Part shown: one piece after another, positions 20,359-29,873 of the stretch
Layout: every line of letters begins with the position of its first letter
Position numbering within the stretch: position 1 is the stretch's first letter
Assembly (NCBI GenBank): GCA_018814445.1
Contig: JAHIZV010000169.1
Span: 2,162-66,161, forward strand
Length of the DNA stretch: 64,000 bases
Direction of reading: 5' to 3'
Source of the DNA: Verrucomicrobiota bacterium
GTDB lineage: Bacteria > Verrucomicrobiota > Kiritimatiellia > JAHIZV01
Notes under the pieces: generated by a model
What the model was told of the DNA's origin: nothing
Seen by the model: the letters and a program-made list of their open reading frames with translations, nothing else
Databases searched by the model: none
Program-made: the position numbers and the translations under genes

Positions 20359-21381
20359 TCAGTAGCTGTCTTCAGTCAGGACAACCTTGCCTTTGAATAC
20401 CCGGTAGATTACGGCGCTGTACCCGATCACGAGCGGCATACCGACCAAGGCGATGATCAACATCACCCGATGCGTGCGTGGAGTGGACGCTGCGTTGTAG
20501 ATCGTGAGGCTGTTTGCCAGATCGGTACACGATGGCACGAGGCGGGGGAAAAGGCAGACCGCGAAAAGTCCGACTGTCGCCAGGATAGTCACCGCAGAAG
20601 CCAGAAAAGCGCGCCCGTCTCTATTCGCGCCGGAAGCAATCGGGATGAAGACGAGGCCGGCCATCAGAATGATGAGAAGGGCAAGTAACAGCGGGCTTTT
20701 CGACACTCCATAGAGGAGAAAAGGCGCGGCGAAATAGGTGGCTATCAGTACGCATGCATAGAGTGCGGCGAAAGCGATCCAAGTTCTGGAAAGCCACTTG
20801 CGCATTCTCCTGCGCTGGTCACCTTCGCTCTTCATCGACAGATAGGCGGCGCCGTGCATCACGCACATAACCAGACTGAGCGCTCCGGCAAGGAGGGCGT
20901 AGGGATTAAGCAGGTTGAAGAAGCCGCCCGTGTACATTCCTTCACTGTCCAGGGGAATGCCCCGGGCTATATTGCCGACTGCTACACCGAAGAGGAGAGC
21001 AGGCACGAGACTTCCGAGTCCGAACGCCCAGTCCCAGAACCGTTTCCACGCAGGGGCATCAACCTTTCCCCGGAACTCGAGAGAGACGGCCCGGAATATC
21101 AGAGCGACAAGCAGCAGCATCAGGGCCATGTAGAAAGCGCTGAAGACCGTCGCGTACACGATAGGGAAAGCCGCGAATAACGCACCCCCGCCGGTAAGCA
21201 GCCACACTTCGTTTCCGTCCCACACCGGGCCGATGGCATTCAGATTCACGCGGCGTTCGTGTTCGTTGCGCGTGAAGAGATGTATTACACCGACCCCGAG
21301 ATCAAAACCGTCGAGAATCGCGTACCCGCCGATCAGAACGCCGACAAGTATGAACCAGGTTGTGTTCAGATCGATCATCAT
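20359..21381 (-). CDS. cydB: cytochrome bd ubiquinol oxidase subunit II
   Basis: LDGFDLGVG and GPVWDGNEVWL; start moved to the ATGA overlap with cydA. Confidence 0.96.
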   Translation of the reverse strand: MMIDLNTTWFILVGVLIGGYAILDGFDLGVGVIHLFTRNEHERRVNLNAIGPVWDGNEVWLLTGGGALFAAFPIVYATVFSAFYMALMLLLVALIFRAVSLEFRGKVDAPAWKRFWDWAFGLGSLVPALLFGVAVGNIARGIPLDSEGMYTGGFFNLLNPYALLAGALSLVMCVMHGAAYLSMKSEGDQRRRMRKWLSRTWIAFAALYACVLIATYFAAPFLLYGVSKSPLLLALLIILMAGLVFIPIASGANRDGRAFLASAVTILATVGLFAVCLFPRLVPSCTDLANSLTIYNAASTPRTHRVMLIIALVGMPLVIGYSAVIYRVFKGKVVLTEDSY

Positions 21382-22709
21382 GCCACCTCCTTCACGGTAA
21401 CGGACTCCGCTTCGTGCTTCATCTCCTTGATCAGTAGAAACACGTACAATGAGCCGAGGAAAATATAGATGACGCCGAACATGATAATAGTCGCAAGAAT
21501 CTGTCCGGCAGGCACTGTTACTGAAACCGCATCCCGCGTGCGAAGCATGTGATAAACGATCCACGGCTGTCGGCCGACTTCGGCGGCGACCCATCCAAAC
21601 TGGCAGGCGATCAGGGGAAGCGGAATCGAGCACACGAGCAGTTTCAGGAAGCGGCGGCTCTCGGGCAGGCGTTTTCTCACGATCTGCAGTGCGCCCCAGG
21701 ACATGGAAGCGATGAAGAAGAGTCCGAGCAGAACCATGTTGTGAAAAGAGACGAACGTGAGCCACAGCGGCGGTCGCTCGTCTTCAGGAAATTCGCTGAT
21801 GCCGGGAATCTCCGCGTCGATATCACCAAAGGCCATGAGGCTGAGCAGGCCGGGAAGCTCGATCTTCGCGTTGAGTTCTGGCGGTCTCGTTTTGACCAGT
21901 CCAAAAACTGCAAGGGGCGCGCCGGACTGCGTGCTGTAGAGCCCCTCGATAGCCGCGAACTTCTCAGGCTGTGTGTGAGCAACCTGTCGGGCGTGCATGT
22001 CCCCGAACGGGAATACGACCGTGACTGAACTGATGATGCCCACGACAAGAACTGTCTTCAGGGCCTTTAACGCGGCCCGGTTCTGCGCGTTCCGGAGCAG
22101 CAGGAAGGCACATACGCCGGCGGCAAAGAAGGCGCCGGACACCAGTGCCGCATCAATCGTGTGGAAGAAGCGAGGCCACATCGACGGATTGAATACGGCC
22201 TCAGAGAAACTCGTCAGTTCAGCGCGCCCGTTCTGAATCACGTAACCCGCCGGTGTCTGCATCCAGGAGTTCGCTACCAGGATCCAGAAGGCGGAGATGG
22301 TGGATCCCACAGCCACCATCAGGATCGAGAACCAATGAACACCTTTCGATACGCGCTTTCGACCGAAGAGATACAGGCCGAGAAATCCGGATTCGAGGAA
22401 GAAGGCAAACACTCCCTCGGCTGCCAGCGGCGCTCCGAATATGTCCCCGACGAACTTCGAATACTCGGACCAGTTTGTGCCGAACTGGAACTCCATTACA
22501 ATCCCCGTGGCCACGCCCACGGCAAACGTCAGGGCGAGAAGTTTGCCCAGAAAACGACCCATGCGGACAAAGTCTTCGTCGCTCCGCCGCCAACCTAATC
22601 CCTCGACAATGACCAGCACCCATGCGAGCCCGATGGTAATCGGCGGAAATAGAAAGTGAAAACCGATTGTCAGTGCAAACTGTATTCTCGCCAGTAATAC
22701 CGCATCCAT
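21378..22709 (-). CDS. cydA: cytochrome bd ubiquinol oxidase subunit I
   Basis: FHFLF, GIVMEFQFGTNW, QPEKFAAIEG and EVGRQPW. Confidence 0.97.
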   Translation of the reverse strand: MDAVLLARIQFALTIGFHFLFPPITIGLAWVLVIVEGLGWRRSDEDFVRMGRFLGKLLALTFAVGVATGIVMEFQFGTNWSEYSKFVGDIFGAPLAAEGVFAFFLESGFLGLYLFGRKRVSKGVHWFSILMVAVGSTISAFWILVANSWMQTPAGYVIQNGRAELTSFSEAVFNPSMWPRFFHTIDAALVSGAFFAAGVCAFLLLRNAQNRAALKALKTVLVVGIISSVTVVFPFGDMHARQVAHTQPEKFAAIEGLYSTQSGAPLAVFGLVKTRPPELNAKIELPGLLSLMAFGDIDAEIPGISEFPEDERPPLWLTFVSFHNMVLLGLFFIASMSWGALQIVRKRLPESRRFLKLLVCSIPLPLIACQFGWVAAEVGRQPWIVYHMLRTRDAVSVTVPAGQILATIIMFGVIYIFLGSLYVFLLIKEMKHEAESVTVKEVA

Positions 22710-22721
22710 TAAACATCTCCT

Positions 22722-22871
22722 CCGAATGTCACTGACTCAAGGCCCCTTCGGATGCAATAGGCAAACAAAGGCACAGCCCTGACGGACTTGACTGCAAACA
22801 ATGGATGAAGCCTGCACCGTTTGTAGTCAATGCCGTAAGGCATGTCGTGGCTTTAAGTCAGCACTATTCAC
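22722..22871. repeat. ~150-bp structured MITE/REP-like element, copy 2 (inverted)
   Basis: Reverse complement aligns end to end with 17618-17768 (shared GCCACGACATGCCTTACGGCATTGACTACAAAC and CCGTCAGGGCTGTGCCTTT). Confidence 0.85.
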
Positions 22872-22978
22872 ATATCCTTCGGCTGATTCGCGCATCCGCA
22901 AATACTTATGCACCTGATCACACCTTCTTGACAATCAATTATTATGCACATATGTTCATAATAAATCAGGGCCGCGTC

Positions 22979-23365
22979 ATGTCGAGACCATTCAAAACCC
23001 GCTGTATAGGACCCTTGCCGGGGGTGACTGTGTTCAAACCCGCCGGTGTGCCGGCCACCGAATTGGAGAAAGTGGTCATTCATCTCGATGAACTGGAGGC
23101 CGTTCGACTCGTGGACGGCGAAGGTCTCGATCACGCGCAGGCGGCTCAGCGCATGAATGTGTCCCGTCCGACCGTGAGCCGGATACTGGGGCGGGTTCAC
23201 GGGAAGATAGCGCAAGCCCTGACGGAAGGTCAGGCGCTTTTCATCCAGCAGGGCGGTGCGCCCGTCGAACGGGTTGCGGCCGGAGAGACCCGCGGGAAGG
23301 GCCGAATGAGAAAAGGCAAAGGAGAAAGAAATGAAAGTAGCGGTGTGCGCGGAAGAAGGAAGTAA
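22979..23365 (+). CDS. DUF134 (UPF0251) HTH DNA-binding protein
   Basis: MSRP..R, FKPAGVP, DELEAVRLVD and AAQRMNVSRPT. Confidence 0.9.
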   Translation: MSRPFKTRCIGPLPGVTVFKPAGVPATELEKVVIHLDELEAVRLVDGEGLDHAQAAQRMNVSRPTVSRILGRVHGKIAQALTEGQALFIQQGGAPVERVAAGETRGKGRMRKGKGERNESSGVRGRRK

Positions 23366-23747
23366 GGCTTCCTGGATCGGCAAATGCGTAAGCAAGAGTC
23401 CGTTCTTTGTTCTGGCTGACACGGATTCGGGTGAGTTTGAAAGCATGCCTAATCCTGCCATCGGCGCGAAGGGACACCATGGCAGAGTGGCGGCCGAAGC
23501 TCTCATCAGAACATCAGTGAAGTCCGTGATCGGCACCCATTTCGGACACAAGGCAATGCGGCTTCTTGCGGCCGAGGGCATATCCGTCTACCAGACGGAG
23601 CCCGGCGTGGTGGAACATGCGGTGCAGGCTCATAAGGCGGGACGGCTATCTCTCGCGCAGGAAGGAAATCCCTGCCACGACTCATCGTCTCACCGGTCGT
23701 GCTGCAAGGGAGGTGCGGGTCACGGCGGGACCTGTTGTCATGGGTAG
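23331..23747 (+). CDS. NifB/NifX-like (FeMo-cofactor-binding fold) protein
   Basis: MKVAV, SPFFVLAD, NP, FGHKA and GISVY; Cys/His-rich tail; typical DUF134 neighbour. Confidence 0.8.
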   Translation: MKVAVCAEEGSKASWIGKCVSKSPFFVLADTDSGEFESMPNPAIGAKGHHGRVAAEALIRTSVKSVIGTHFGHKAMRLLAAEGISVYQTEPGVVEHAVQAHKAGRLSLAQEGNPCHDSSSHRSCCKGGAGHGGTCCHG

Positions 23748-24369
23748 ATATGCGCGCGCAGAGATGGTGGAGAACCAGGCCCGCCTGCTGCAGCGCAATG
23801 CTGTCTACAAACGGTTCGGTTATGATGTCCAGTCGAGCATACACTTCATCCTCTCCAGGCTGCATCCGGTCGAAGGAAGGATTCTTGAGATCGGCACAGG
23901 CAAGGGACGCTTTTTGACCGCCCTGGCGCGTCACGCCGATGATATTACGTCCATTGACGTGGATGCAGCGGAACAGCGTGCCGCAAAACTCAGCGTAGCT
24001 CAGGAAGGCCTGACGCCGCGGGTCCGGTTTCTTCGGGGAGACGCGATGTCGATGAAATGGAAGCGTCCCGCCTTCGATTTGACCGTTTCCATGAATGCTT
24101 TGCACCATATTCCCGATCAAGCGCTGGCCGTGAAGGAAATGCTGCGGGTGACCCGGCCGACCGGGAGAATCATGATCAGTGATTTTGATGAAGAGGGATT
24201 CGAAATCATCGAGCGGATTCACGAGTCAGAAGGCCGGGTGCACACACGCCTGCCGTACCGATGGGATAATCTGGCCGACATCTTCCGGGAACATGGCTGG
24301 AGCAGTTCGGAGCGCGCCGGACATCATCAGACGCTCATTATGGCCCATGGTCCGGACGCGCGCCGATGA
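23740..24369 (+). CDS. class I SAM-dependent methyltransferase
   Basis: ILEIGTGKG, GDA, ALHHI and EMLRVTRPTG. Confidence 0.88.
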   Translation: MGRYARAEMVENQARLLQRNAVYKRFGYDVQSSIHFILSRLHPVEGRILEIGTGKGRFLTALARHADDITSIDVDAAEQRAAKLSVAQEGLTPRVRFLRGDAMSMKWKRPAFDLTVSMNALHHIPDQALAVKEMLRVTRPTGRIMISDFDEEGFEIIERIHESEGRVHTRLPYRWDNLADIFREHGWSSSERAGHHQTLIMAHGPDARR

Positions 24370-24798
24370 TTATGCCGATGCGACGGTCGACTCGACGGAC
24401 ACTCCAACGGGGCATTCGACCGCGGCGCTGACAGGACAGAATTTTTCGGCCTGTTGGACCGCCTTGGCCATCTTCTCCGAATCCTCTTCTGCCTGTACGA
24501 CGGTGCGGATCACGATATCGATGCCCTGAAACCGAAGTCCGTTAGCGGTTCGCTCCATGCGTCCCACGGCCTCACTTTCATATGAAGTCATTCCGATTTT
24601 CATCTTGTCGACGAAATACAGCACCGTTAACAACACACAGCTTTCCACGGCGCCAACCAGCATGTCTTCCGGTGACCAGCGATCTTTCTTTCCGCCGAAC
24701 TCAGGCGGCGGTGTGATATCCAGCGTAGGTTTTCCGTCGCACCGGATGTCCGCCGCCTCACCGCCGCTCCATTTCACCGATGTCTTGTACTCCCACAT
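24370..24798 (-). CDS. OsmC-family protein
   Basis: PPEFGG, WSPEDML..AVESC and AEKFCPVS. Confidence 0.9.
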   Translation of the reverse strand: MWEYKTSVKWSGGEAADIRCDGKPTLDITPPPEFGGKKDRWSPEDMLVGAVESCVLLTVLYFVDKMKIGMTSYESEAVGRMERTANGLRFQGIDIVIRTVVQAEEDSEKMAKAVQQAEKFCPVSAAVECPVGVSVESTVASA

Positions 24799-24817
24799 GC
24801 CAACAGTTCCTTTCGGA

Positions 24818-26239
24818 TTAGATCTTTCCGCGCCGTGCCTCCAGTTCTACACGAATATCCGTCAGTTTCCGGCGGTTGAGCGGATAGATCCACAGAATCG
24901 CGATCGCGGCGAGCCAGAAGACGACCGGCAGCAGGATGTAGACCATCAGCATGCGGTGGAGCACGTTCTCGGGCTGGGTGTGTCCGGCATCGACGTTGAA
25001 ACCCGTCCACTCAAGAACAAAGCCCGACAGGCCTACCGATAGTGTCATACCCATCTTCAGGAACCACGAGAAGACGGCGTTAATACTGCCCTCGCGCCGC
25101 TTGCCCGTGTGAAGTTCATCGTAATCGACCATGTCCGCCAGCATCGACGGAACAATGAGCCAGAGCGAAGCGGTGACGCTGGCGTAGAATACGGCCGGAA
25201 CGATTTGCAGGTAAGGGTGAGCCGGAGTCAGACACACGAGATTCAGCACACAGCCGATGAAGCCGGAAGAAATGATGATCATCATGGTCCACTTCTTGTC
25301 CAGCTTCTCGCAGACCCAGGTCCAGAAGGGAACCGCCGCAAGCCCCATCAGGAAGGCGGTCGTATCTTTGAATCCCTCGATCACCGCGGCGCTGGCGAGA
25401 TGACCGTCGTTGATGTAGTAGAAGTTGATGTACAGTCCAAGAGCTCCGGTAACGCCTGCGCCGAACACCTGGAAGACGACGAAGCCCGTCATCATCCACA
25501 GAGGTTTGATGTTGAACGTGTCCTTCAATCCCTGCAGCAGGGGCTCTTTCGCCTGTTTTGAAGCTTCCTTCTCGTAGTAGCGCTCCTTGATGAACAGGGC
25601 GGGAAGCGAGCCCAGGGCGATCACCGCGAAGGCAAGCCAGATGCTGATGCTCTGCACGCCGCGCGTGATGTTCGGTTCGCCGTTGGGATCAGCGAAGAAC
25701 CCGCTTGCGGCCAGCGGCAGTACCCAGCCGCCCAGCAGAATGCCGAACTTGGTGAAGATAGTGCGGTACGCCGCAACACGCGTGCGCTCGTCGTAGTTTG
25801 GAGTCATTTCCAGCATCAGGCTGTTGTACGGCATGGCCCAGATTGTTGTGCTGGTGTAGGCGAGGATGCCGATGAGCGTGATGTAGATCACCATGCCCAG
25901 TTCACCGAAGGCCTCGGGCGGGCGCCAGAGAAACGGCGTGATCATTGCCGCGAGCGTTGCCCCGAGAAGAATGAACGGCCGCCGCCGCCCCCAGCGAGTC
26001 CGGGTGTTGTCCGAGATGTTGCCCATGATGGGATCTGTAATGGCATCCCATCCACGGTAGATCATCAGAATGATGCCGAGCAGGCCGGGTGCGATGCCGA
26101 AGCCGATGTTGAAAACGGGCATCCACAGCCGGGCCGCCAGACCTACCGTGAAGAAATCAACCGCCCCACCCGCCCCGTATGACATCTTCTGCCAGAAAGG
26201 AACTCGATCTTCCGCCGGAATCGCTGGTCTTTTTGTCAC
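24818..26239 (-). CDS. GPH/MFS_2 glycoside-cation symporter
   Basis: WDAITDPIMGNISD, TRWGRRRPF, EMTPNYDERT and DYDELHTGKRREG. Confidence 0.93.
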   Translation of the reverse strand: MTKRPAIPAEDRVPFWQKMSYGAGGAVDFFTVGLAARLWMPVFNIGFGIAPGLLGIILMIYRGWDAITDPIMGNISDNTRTRWGRRRPFILLGATLAAMITPFLWRPPEAFGELGMVIYITLIGILAYTSTTIWAMPYNSLMLEMTPNYDERTRVAAYRTIFTKFGILLGGWVLPLAASGFFADPNGEPNITRGVQSISIWLAFAVIALGSLPALFIKERYYEKEASKQAKEPLLQGLKDTFNIKPLWMMTGFVVFQVFGAGVTGALGLYINFYYINDGHLASAAVIEGFKDTTAFLMGLAAVPFWTWVCEKLDKKWTMMIIISSGFIGCVLNLVCLTPAHPYLQIVPAVFYASVTASLWLIVPSMLADMVDYDELHTGKRREGSINAVFSWFLKMGMTLSVGLSGFVLEWTGFNVDAGHTQPENVLHRMLMVYILLPVVFWLAAIAILWIYPLNRRKLTDIRVELEARRGKI

Positions 26240-26313
26240 TTTTCCATCCCCTTTTCACCAAGCATAACCTGAATTCATAAACTGTAGACTATTAAAAACT
26301 AGTCGCGCAAGTA

Positions 26314-26499
26314 TTAGTTTAGGTCCCTTTGCCTTTTTACGGGGGGCGGCGACGAGTGGAGAACGAAATGCACTTTCTGCAGGTCAGGCCGCTCCTCCTT
26401 CATATCGGCTGCCCGGTAGTTGAAATGAAGACGAAGAAGGGACAGATGCAGGCAGAGGGAGGCCAGCAGACAGACGATGAATATTAGCGTATGTCTCAC
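26314..26499 (-). pseudogene. probable N-terminal remnant of a TonB-like energy transducer
   Basis: SLCLH (SxxxH) TM motif followed by a short Pro run and an early stop; overlaps position directly after the receptor remnant. Confidence 0.4.
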
Positions 26500-26517
26500 G
26501 GACTTCTCCTGAATGTT

Positions 26518-26850
26518 CTACAGATCGTACTTGGCAGTGATGTAGACGTAGCGTCCCGGCGCCGGAACTTCGTCCCCGGCGGCGAATACGGAGACTTCCG
26601 CCTTGATCCTGTCGTTTCCGTACCGGGCCCCGACATCAACCTCGTACTTCTCTTCCGGGTCGAGAGACGGGTTGCCGACCTGGTATCCGCCTGGTGCCGC
26701 ACCGAAAGCGAAGTATTGCTCCGTAATACCCGGATAGCGGGTGATCTTTCCCATTCCTGCATAGATGGTAATCTCATCGCCGGCCGCGTATTCGGTGAGG
26801 ATATTACCGGACAACATGATCTCATCCCGATCCGTGTCCGCCGCATCCTG
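26518..26850 (-). pseudogene. C-terminal remnant of a TonB-dependent receptor
   Basis: R.PGITEQY...GNPSLDPEEKYEVDVG is joined almost directly to terminal PGRYVYITAKYDL; most of the barrel is missing. Confidence 0.7.
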
Positions 26851-26881
26851 CAATGGCGTGCTCTTTTCCGGTTTTCGTCGT

Positions 26882-27580
26882 CTATTCGAACTGTTTGCGG
26901 AGCTCCTCGAAAGCTTTGCGCAAGTCCGCGAGTTCGGATTGTGTCTGCTCAAGCCTGCGCTCAAGATCGCTGATCCGGTCATCGGACGGCAGCATGGCTT
27001 CCGTCTCCACAATCGTTGGCGGTTCTGACATCTCGGGAACCACGCCTTCCAGCAGATGCGCATAGCGGCCCTCTTTGCGCCCCCTCTCTCTCTGGAGCTT
27101 AACGGCCAGGGGAAACGGCAGGCCTGTGGCCAGCGTCTGAAGGACTTTTTCGACCTCGTCGATGGAGTCGAAGCCGCACATGCGTTCGGTGCGGGTGCGA
27201 AGTTCGCCGCAAGTCTGCGGTCCGCGCAGCATCAGCACGCAGAGGACGGATAGTTCCCGCGGATCGAGTTTGACAACCTGTTCGAGCGTAAACCGGTACT
27301 TCCCGACGCGGCTGTGGGCTTCGCGCACCAGGCTGGCAAGATGCTTCTCGCGCAAATCGTCGAGAGCGCTGACGACGGTATCCTCGTCGTAGCTCACGAC
27401 CGGATCCCGGCTCGACTTCTGATTGCAGGCGTTTGTCAGGGCATTGATCGAGAGGGGGTAATGCTCCGGCGTGGTCATGCTCTTCTCGATCAGGCATCCA
27501 AGCACGCGCACTTCGACATCCGTCAGAAGAGGAAAGGACGCGCGGGCCGAGTCGACATCTCCATTGCTTTGCTCGTTCAT
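26882..27580 (-). CDS. yceH: YceH / DUF480 family protein
   Basis: EVRVLGCLIEK..TTPEHYPLS.NAL..ACNQKSSRDPV and LRGPQT.GELR. Confidence 0.92.
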   Translation of the reverse strand: MNEQSNGDVDSARASFPLLTDVEVRVLGCLIEKSMTTPEHYPLSINALTNACNQKSSRDPVVSYDEDTVVSALDDLREKHLASLVREAHSRVGKYRFTLEQVVKLDPRELSVLCVLMLRGPQTCGELRTRTERMCGFDSIDEVEKVLQTLATGLPFPLAVKLQRERGRKEGRYAHLLEGVVPEMSEPPTIVETEAMLPSDDRISDLERRLEQTQSELADLRKAFEELRKQFE

Positions 27581-27660
27581 GCCGAAAACGTATCAAAAAA
27601 CGTTTCCTCTGTGGAGGGTCTTTATGCCGTAGAGCACCAAATGAAGACAGGACACCAGCT

Positions 27661-28163
27661 CAGTGGAACCAATTGCTCGATTGGCTGCAGAAGGAGTCTC
27701 CAGATCGGGCGCTGCATCCGCTCCTGACCATCGCCATTTTCTGGCGATTCATCCGTTCCAGGACGGAAACGGTCGGCTCTCCCGCATCCTGACCACGTTG
27801 CTGCTCCTGCGGGCCGGCTATGGCTACGTGCCCTATGCATCGCTTGAGCACATCATCGAGGCGAGCAAGGAGCAGTACTACCTTGCGCTTCGCAGAACCC
27901 AGAAGACGATCTACACGGATAACAGCACGATCATGACATGGGCGTCCTTCTTCCTGCGCTGCCTGCGACAGCAGATCGCCGTGCTGGAGAAGAAGATTCA
28001 GGATGAGGAGAAGCTGACGGAGCTAGCCCCCTTGTCGAGGGACTTGCTGCAGTTTTCCCGGGAACAGGGACGACTGACCGTCCGTGAAGCTGTGAAACTC
28101 TCAGAAGCAAATCGAAACACCATCAAACTCCACCTGCACGAGACGTTGAGTCATCTGCTATGA
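27661..28163 (+). pseudogene. Fic-family protein, 5'-truncated and frameshifted
   Basis: HPFQDGNGRLSR Fic motif; the preceding LLDWL...LHPLLTIAIF lies in a different frame (shift near 27740); no N-terminal half. Confidence 0.8.
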
Positions 28164-28223
28164 TTCCAGTCCTCTGTCGCAATAGCTTATCGACAACCCC
28201 GCTGTACCCGTCCTCCAGAACGC

Positions 28224-28345
28224 GCCGCCGGTATTCCTTTTCTGGACGGGCCGGGACGTCGGGCCGACTTTCATGCGATCCGACACACCTCCAGCACACA
28301 CCTGGCCGTGCATGGGGTGATCTCGTGTCGCCTTCTGGCGCATAA
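28224..28345 (+). pseudogene. tyrosine integrase remnant
   Basis: Manual translation AAGIPFLDGPGRRADFHAIRHTSSTHLAVHGV contains the HxxRH box; abuts the tRNA 3' end. Confidence 0.75.
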
Positions 28346-28362
28346 GGGCGTCAGGAGGAAGA

Positions 28363-28439
28363 TGGTGGGCCCAGTAGGACTCGAACCTACGACCAGAGGA
28401 TTATGAGTCCCCTGCTCTGACCAACTGAGCTATGGGCCC
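28363..28439 (-). tRNA. tRNA with CAT anticodon, most likely tRNA-Ile2 (lysidine)
   Basis: GGGCCCATAGCTCAGTTGGTCAGAGCAGGGGACTCATAATCCTCTGGTCGTAGGTTCGAGTCCTACTGGGCCCACCA forms a cloverleaf with encoded CCA; paired 1-72 and no initiator GGG/CCC anticodon stem. Confidence 0.93.
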
Positions 28440-28533
28440 GTCAAAGGTCGGTTACACTACTGAACTCGGGAGTCGAATGCAATATTCTCGTGGAGTTTCA
28501 GCCCATGTTGCCCTGCAATAGCTGCCGAGAAAC

Positions 28534-28579
28534 TTCCAAGGTTTGGAAAGCCGGCCTGAAAAACATCCAAGGCTTGGAA
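28534..28579. repeat. pair of TTCCAAnnnTTGGAA palindromes
   Basis: Copies at 28534-28548 and 28565-28579, just after the dctM stop. Confidence 0.8.
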
Positions 28580-28580
28580 G

Positions 28581-29873
28581 TCACGGTCCTGCGTGGACTC
28601 CCGCTATCTGCGGAAGATACAGCGAAAGGGCCGGGATCAGGGAGATGACGATCAGGACGACGACTGCGGCGAGGACGAAGGGGATGGATTCGCGGGCCAC
28701 GCCGTCCATATCCGTTTCGGCGAGGTTCGCGGCCGTAAAGAGATTCACGCCGACTGGCGGCGTCGCTTGACCGATAGCAAGGGCGCAGATGAAGATTACA
28801 CCGTACCACACGGGATCGATGTTGTAGTGGCCCAGCACGGGAATCAGCAGAGGCATGACGAGGTACGAGATGGATATGGCGTCGAGAAACATGCCGAGCA
28901 CGAGGAGCAGCAGATTAACGAGCAGAATCATCATGACGGCATTCGGACTGATGGAAACAATCAGATGCGCCGCCCCGTCAATGATCCCGGTTGTCGAGGC
29001 GGCCCATGAGAAAATCCCGGCAAAGGCGACCACGAACATGATGACGGATGTGGTTACCGTCGCTTCCACGAAGATGCCGACGATGTCTTTGAGCCTGATC
29101 GACCGATAGACGACAAGACCCACAAAAAGGCTGTAGAACACGGCCACCACCGCCGCCTCGGTCGGAACAAAAACTCCCGTGTAGATTCCGCCAAGAATGA
29201 TCACGGGAGCAAGGAGAGCCCAGAACGACTTCAGAAACGCGCGTAGAATCTCACCCGGTGTCCCGCGTTCCTCAAGTCCGCGGTATCCTCGCTTTCGCGA
29301 TATGAAACAGGCCACGGCGATCAGGGCCATACCCATGAGTATTCCGGGAAAGATACCGCCGAGGAACAACGCACCGACCGATGCGCCGGTGATATTGCCG
29401 AAGATGATGAAGGCGATGCTCGGAGGGATGATGATAGAGAGGTCGGAAGCATTGGCGATCATCGCGGCGGAGAAATCACGGCTGTAACCGTGTTTCAGCA
29501 TGGGCGCAATGAGGATAAGCCCGACGGCCGCCGTAGTCGCCGGGCCGGACCCCGACATCGCCCCCCAGAACATGCAGGTGAGCACGCCCACAATCGCGAG
29601 CCCGCCCGTCGTTCTCCCGACAAGCAGTTCAAAGAAATGAGCAATGACCCGCGCGAGTCCCGCCCTGTCGAGGATCACACCGGCCAGTACAAAGAACGGA
29701 ATGGCGAGAAGCGGAAACGAAGAAATCCCCGAAACGAAGTTCACGCCCGCCATGTTGAATCCAAGGTCGAACACAGAAAGGGCGAGCATGCCGGAAATGC
29801 CAAGTGCCGTCCCGATCGGCACACCGATCAGCGTCAGGACGACAAAGACGCCGAATAGAAGAACCGCCTCCAT
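28581..29873 (-). CDS. dctM: TRAP transporter large permease
   Basis: LLAIPFFVLAG, IIPPSI, PTEAA and TPPVGVNLF; start moved to the ATG at 29873. Confidence 0.94.
   Translation of the reverse strand: MEAVLLFGVFVVLTLIGVPIGTALGISGMLALSVFDLGFNMAGVNFVSGISSFPLLAIPFFVLAGVILDRAGLARVIAHFFELLVGRTTGGLAIVGVLTCMFWGAMSGSGPATTAAVGLILIAPMLKHGYSRDFSAAMIANASDLSIIIPPSIAFIIFGNITGASVGALFLGGIFPGILMGMALIAVACFISRKRGYRGLEERGTPGEILRAFLKSFWALLAPVIILGGIYTGVFVPTEAAVVAVFYSLFVGLVVYRSIRLKDIVGIFVEATVTTSVIMFVVAFAGIFSWAASTTGIIDGAAHLIVSISPNAVMMILLVNLLLLVLGMFLDAISISYLVMPLLIPVLGHYNIDPVWYGVIFICALAIGQATPPVGVNLFTAANLAETDMDGVARESIPFVLAAVVVLIVISLIPALSLYLPQIAGVHAGP

Noticed and set aside
22805-22978. Extended N-terminus of DUF134 and the ORF at 17604-17837 sharing FVVNAVRHVVALSQ
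   Set aside because: The shared peptide comes from the 150-bp repeat, not from a protein family.
23331-23747. Nitrogen fixation inferred from the NifX-like gene plus modABC
   Set aside because: No nifHDK or nifEN is present, and DUF134/NifX-like pairs are common in non-diazotrophic anaerobes.
28363-28439. Initiator tRNA-fMet
   Set aside because: It has a paired G1-C72 and lacks the three consecutive G-C pairs closing the anticodon stem. It resembles Ile2, although elongator Met cannot be fully excluded.
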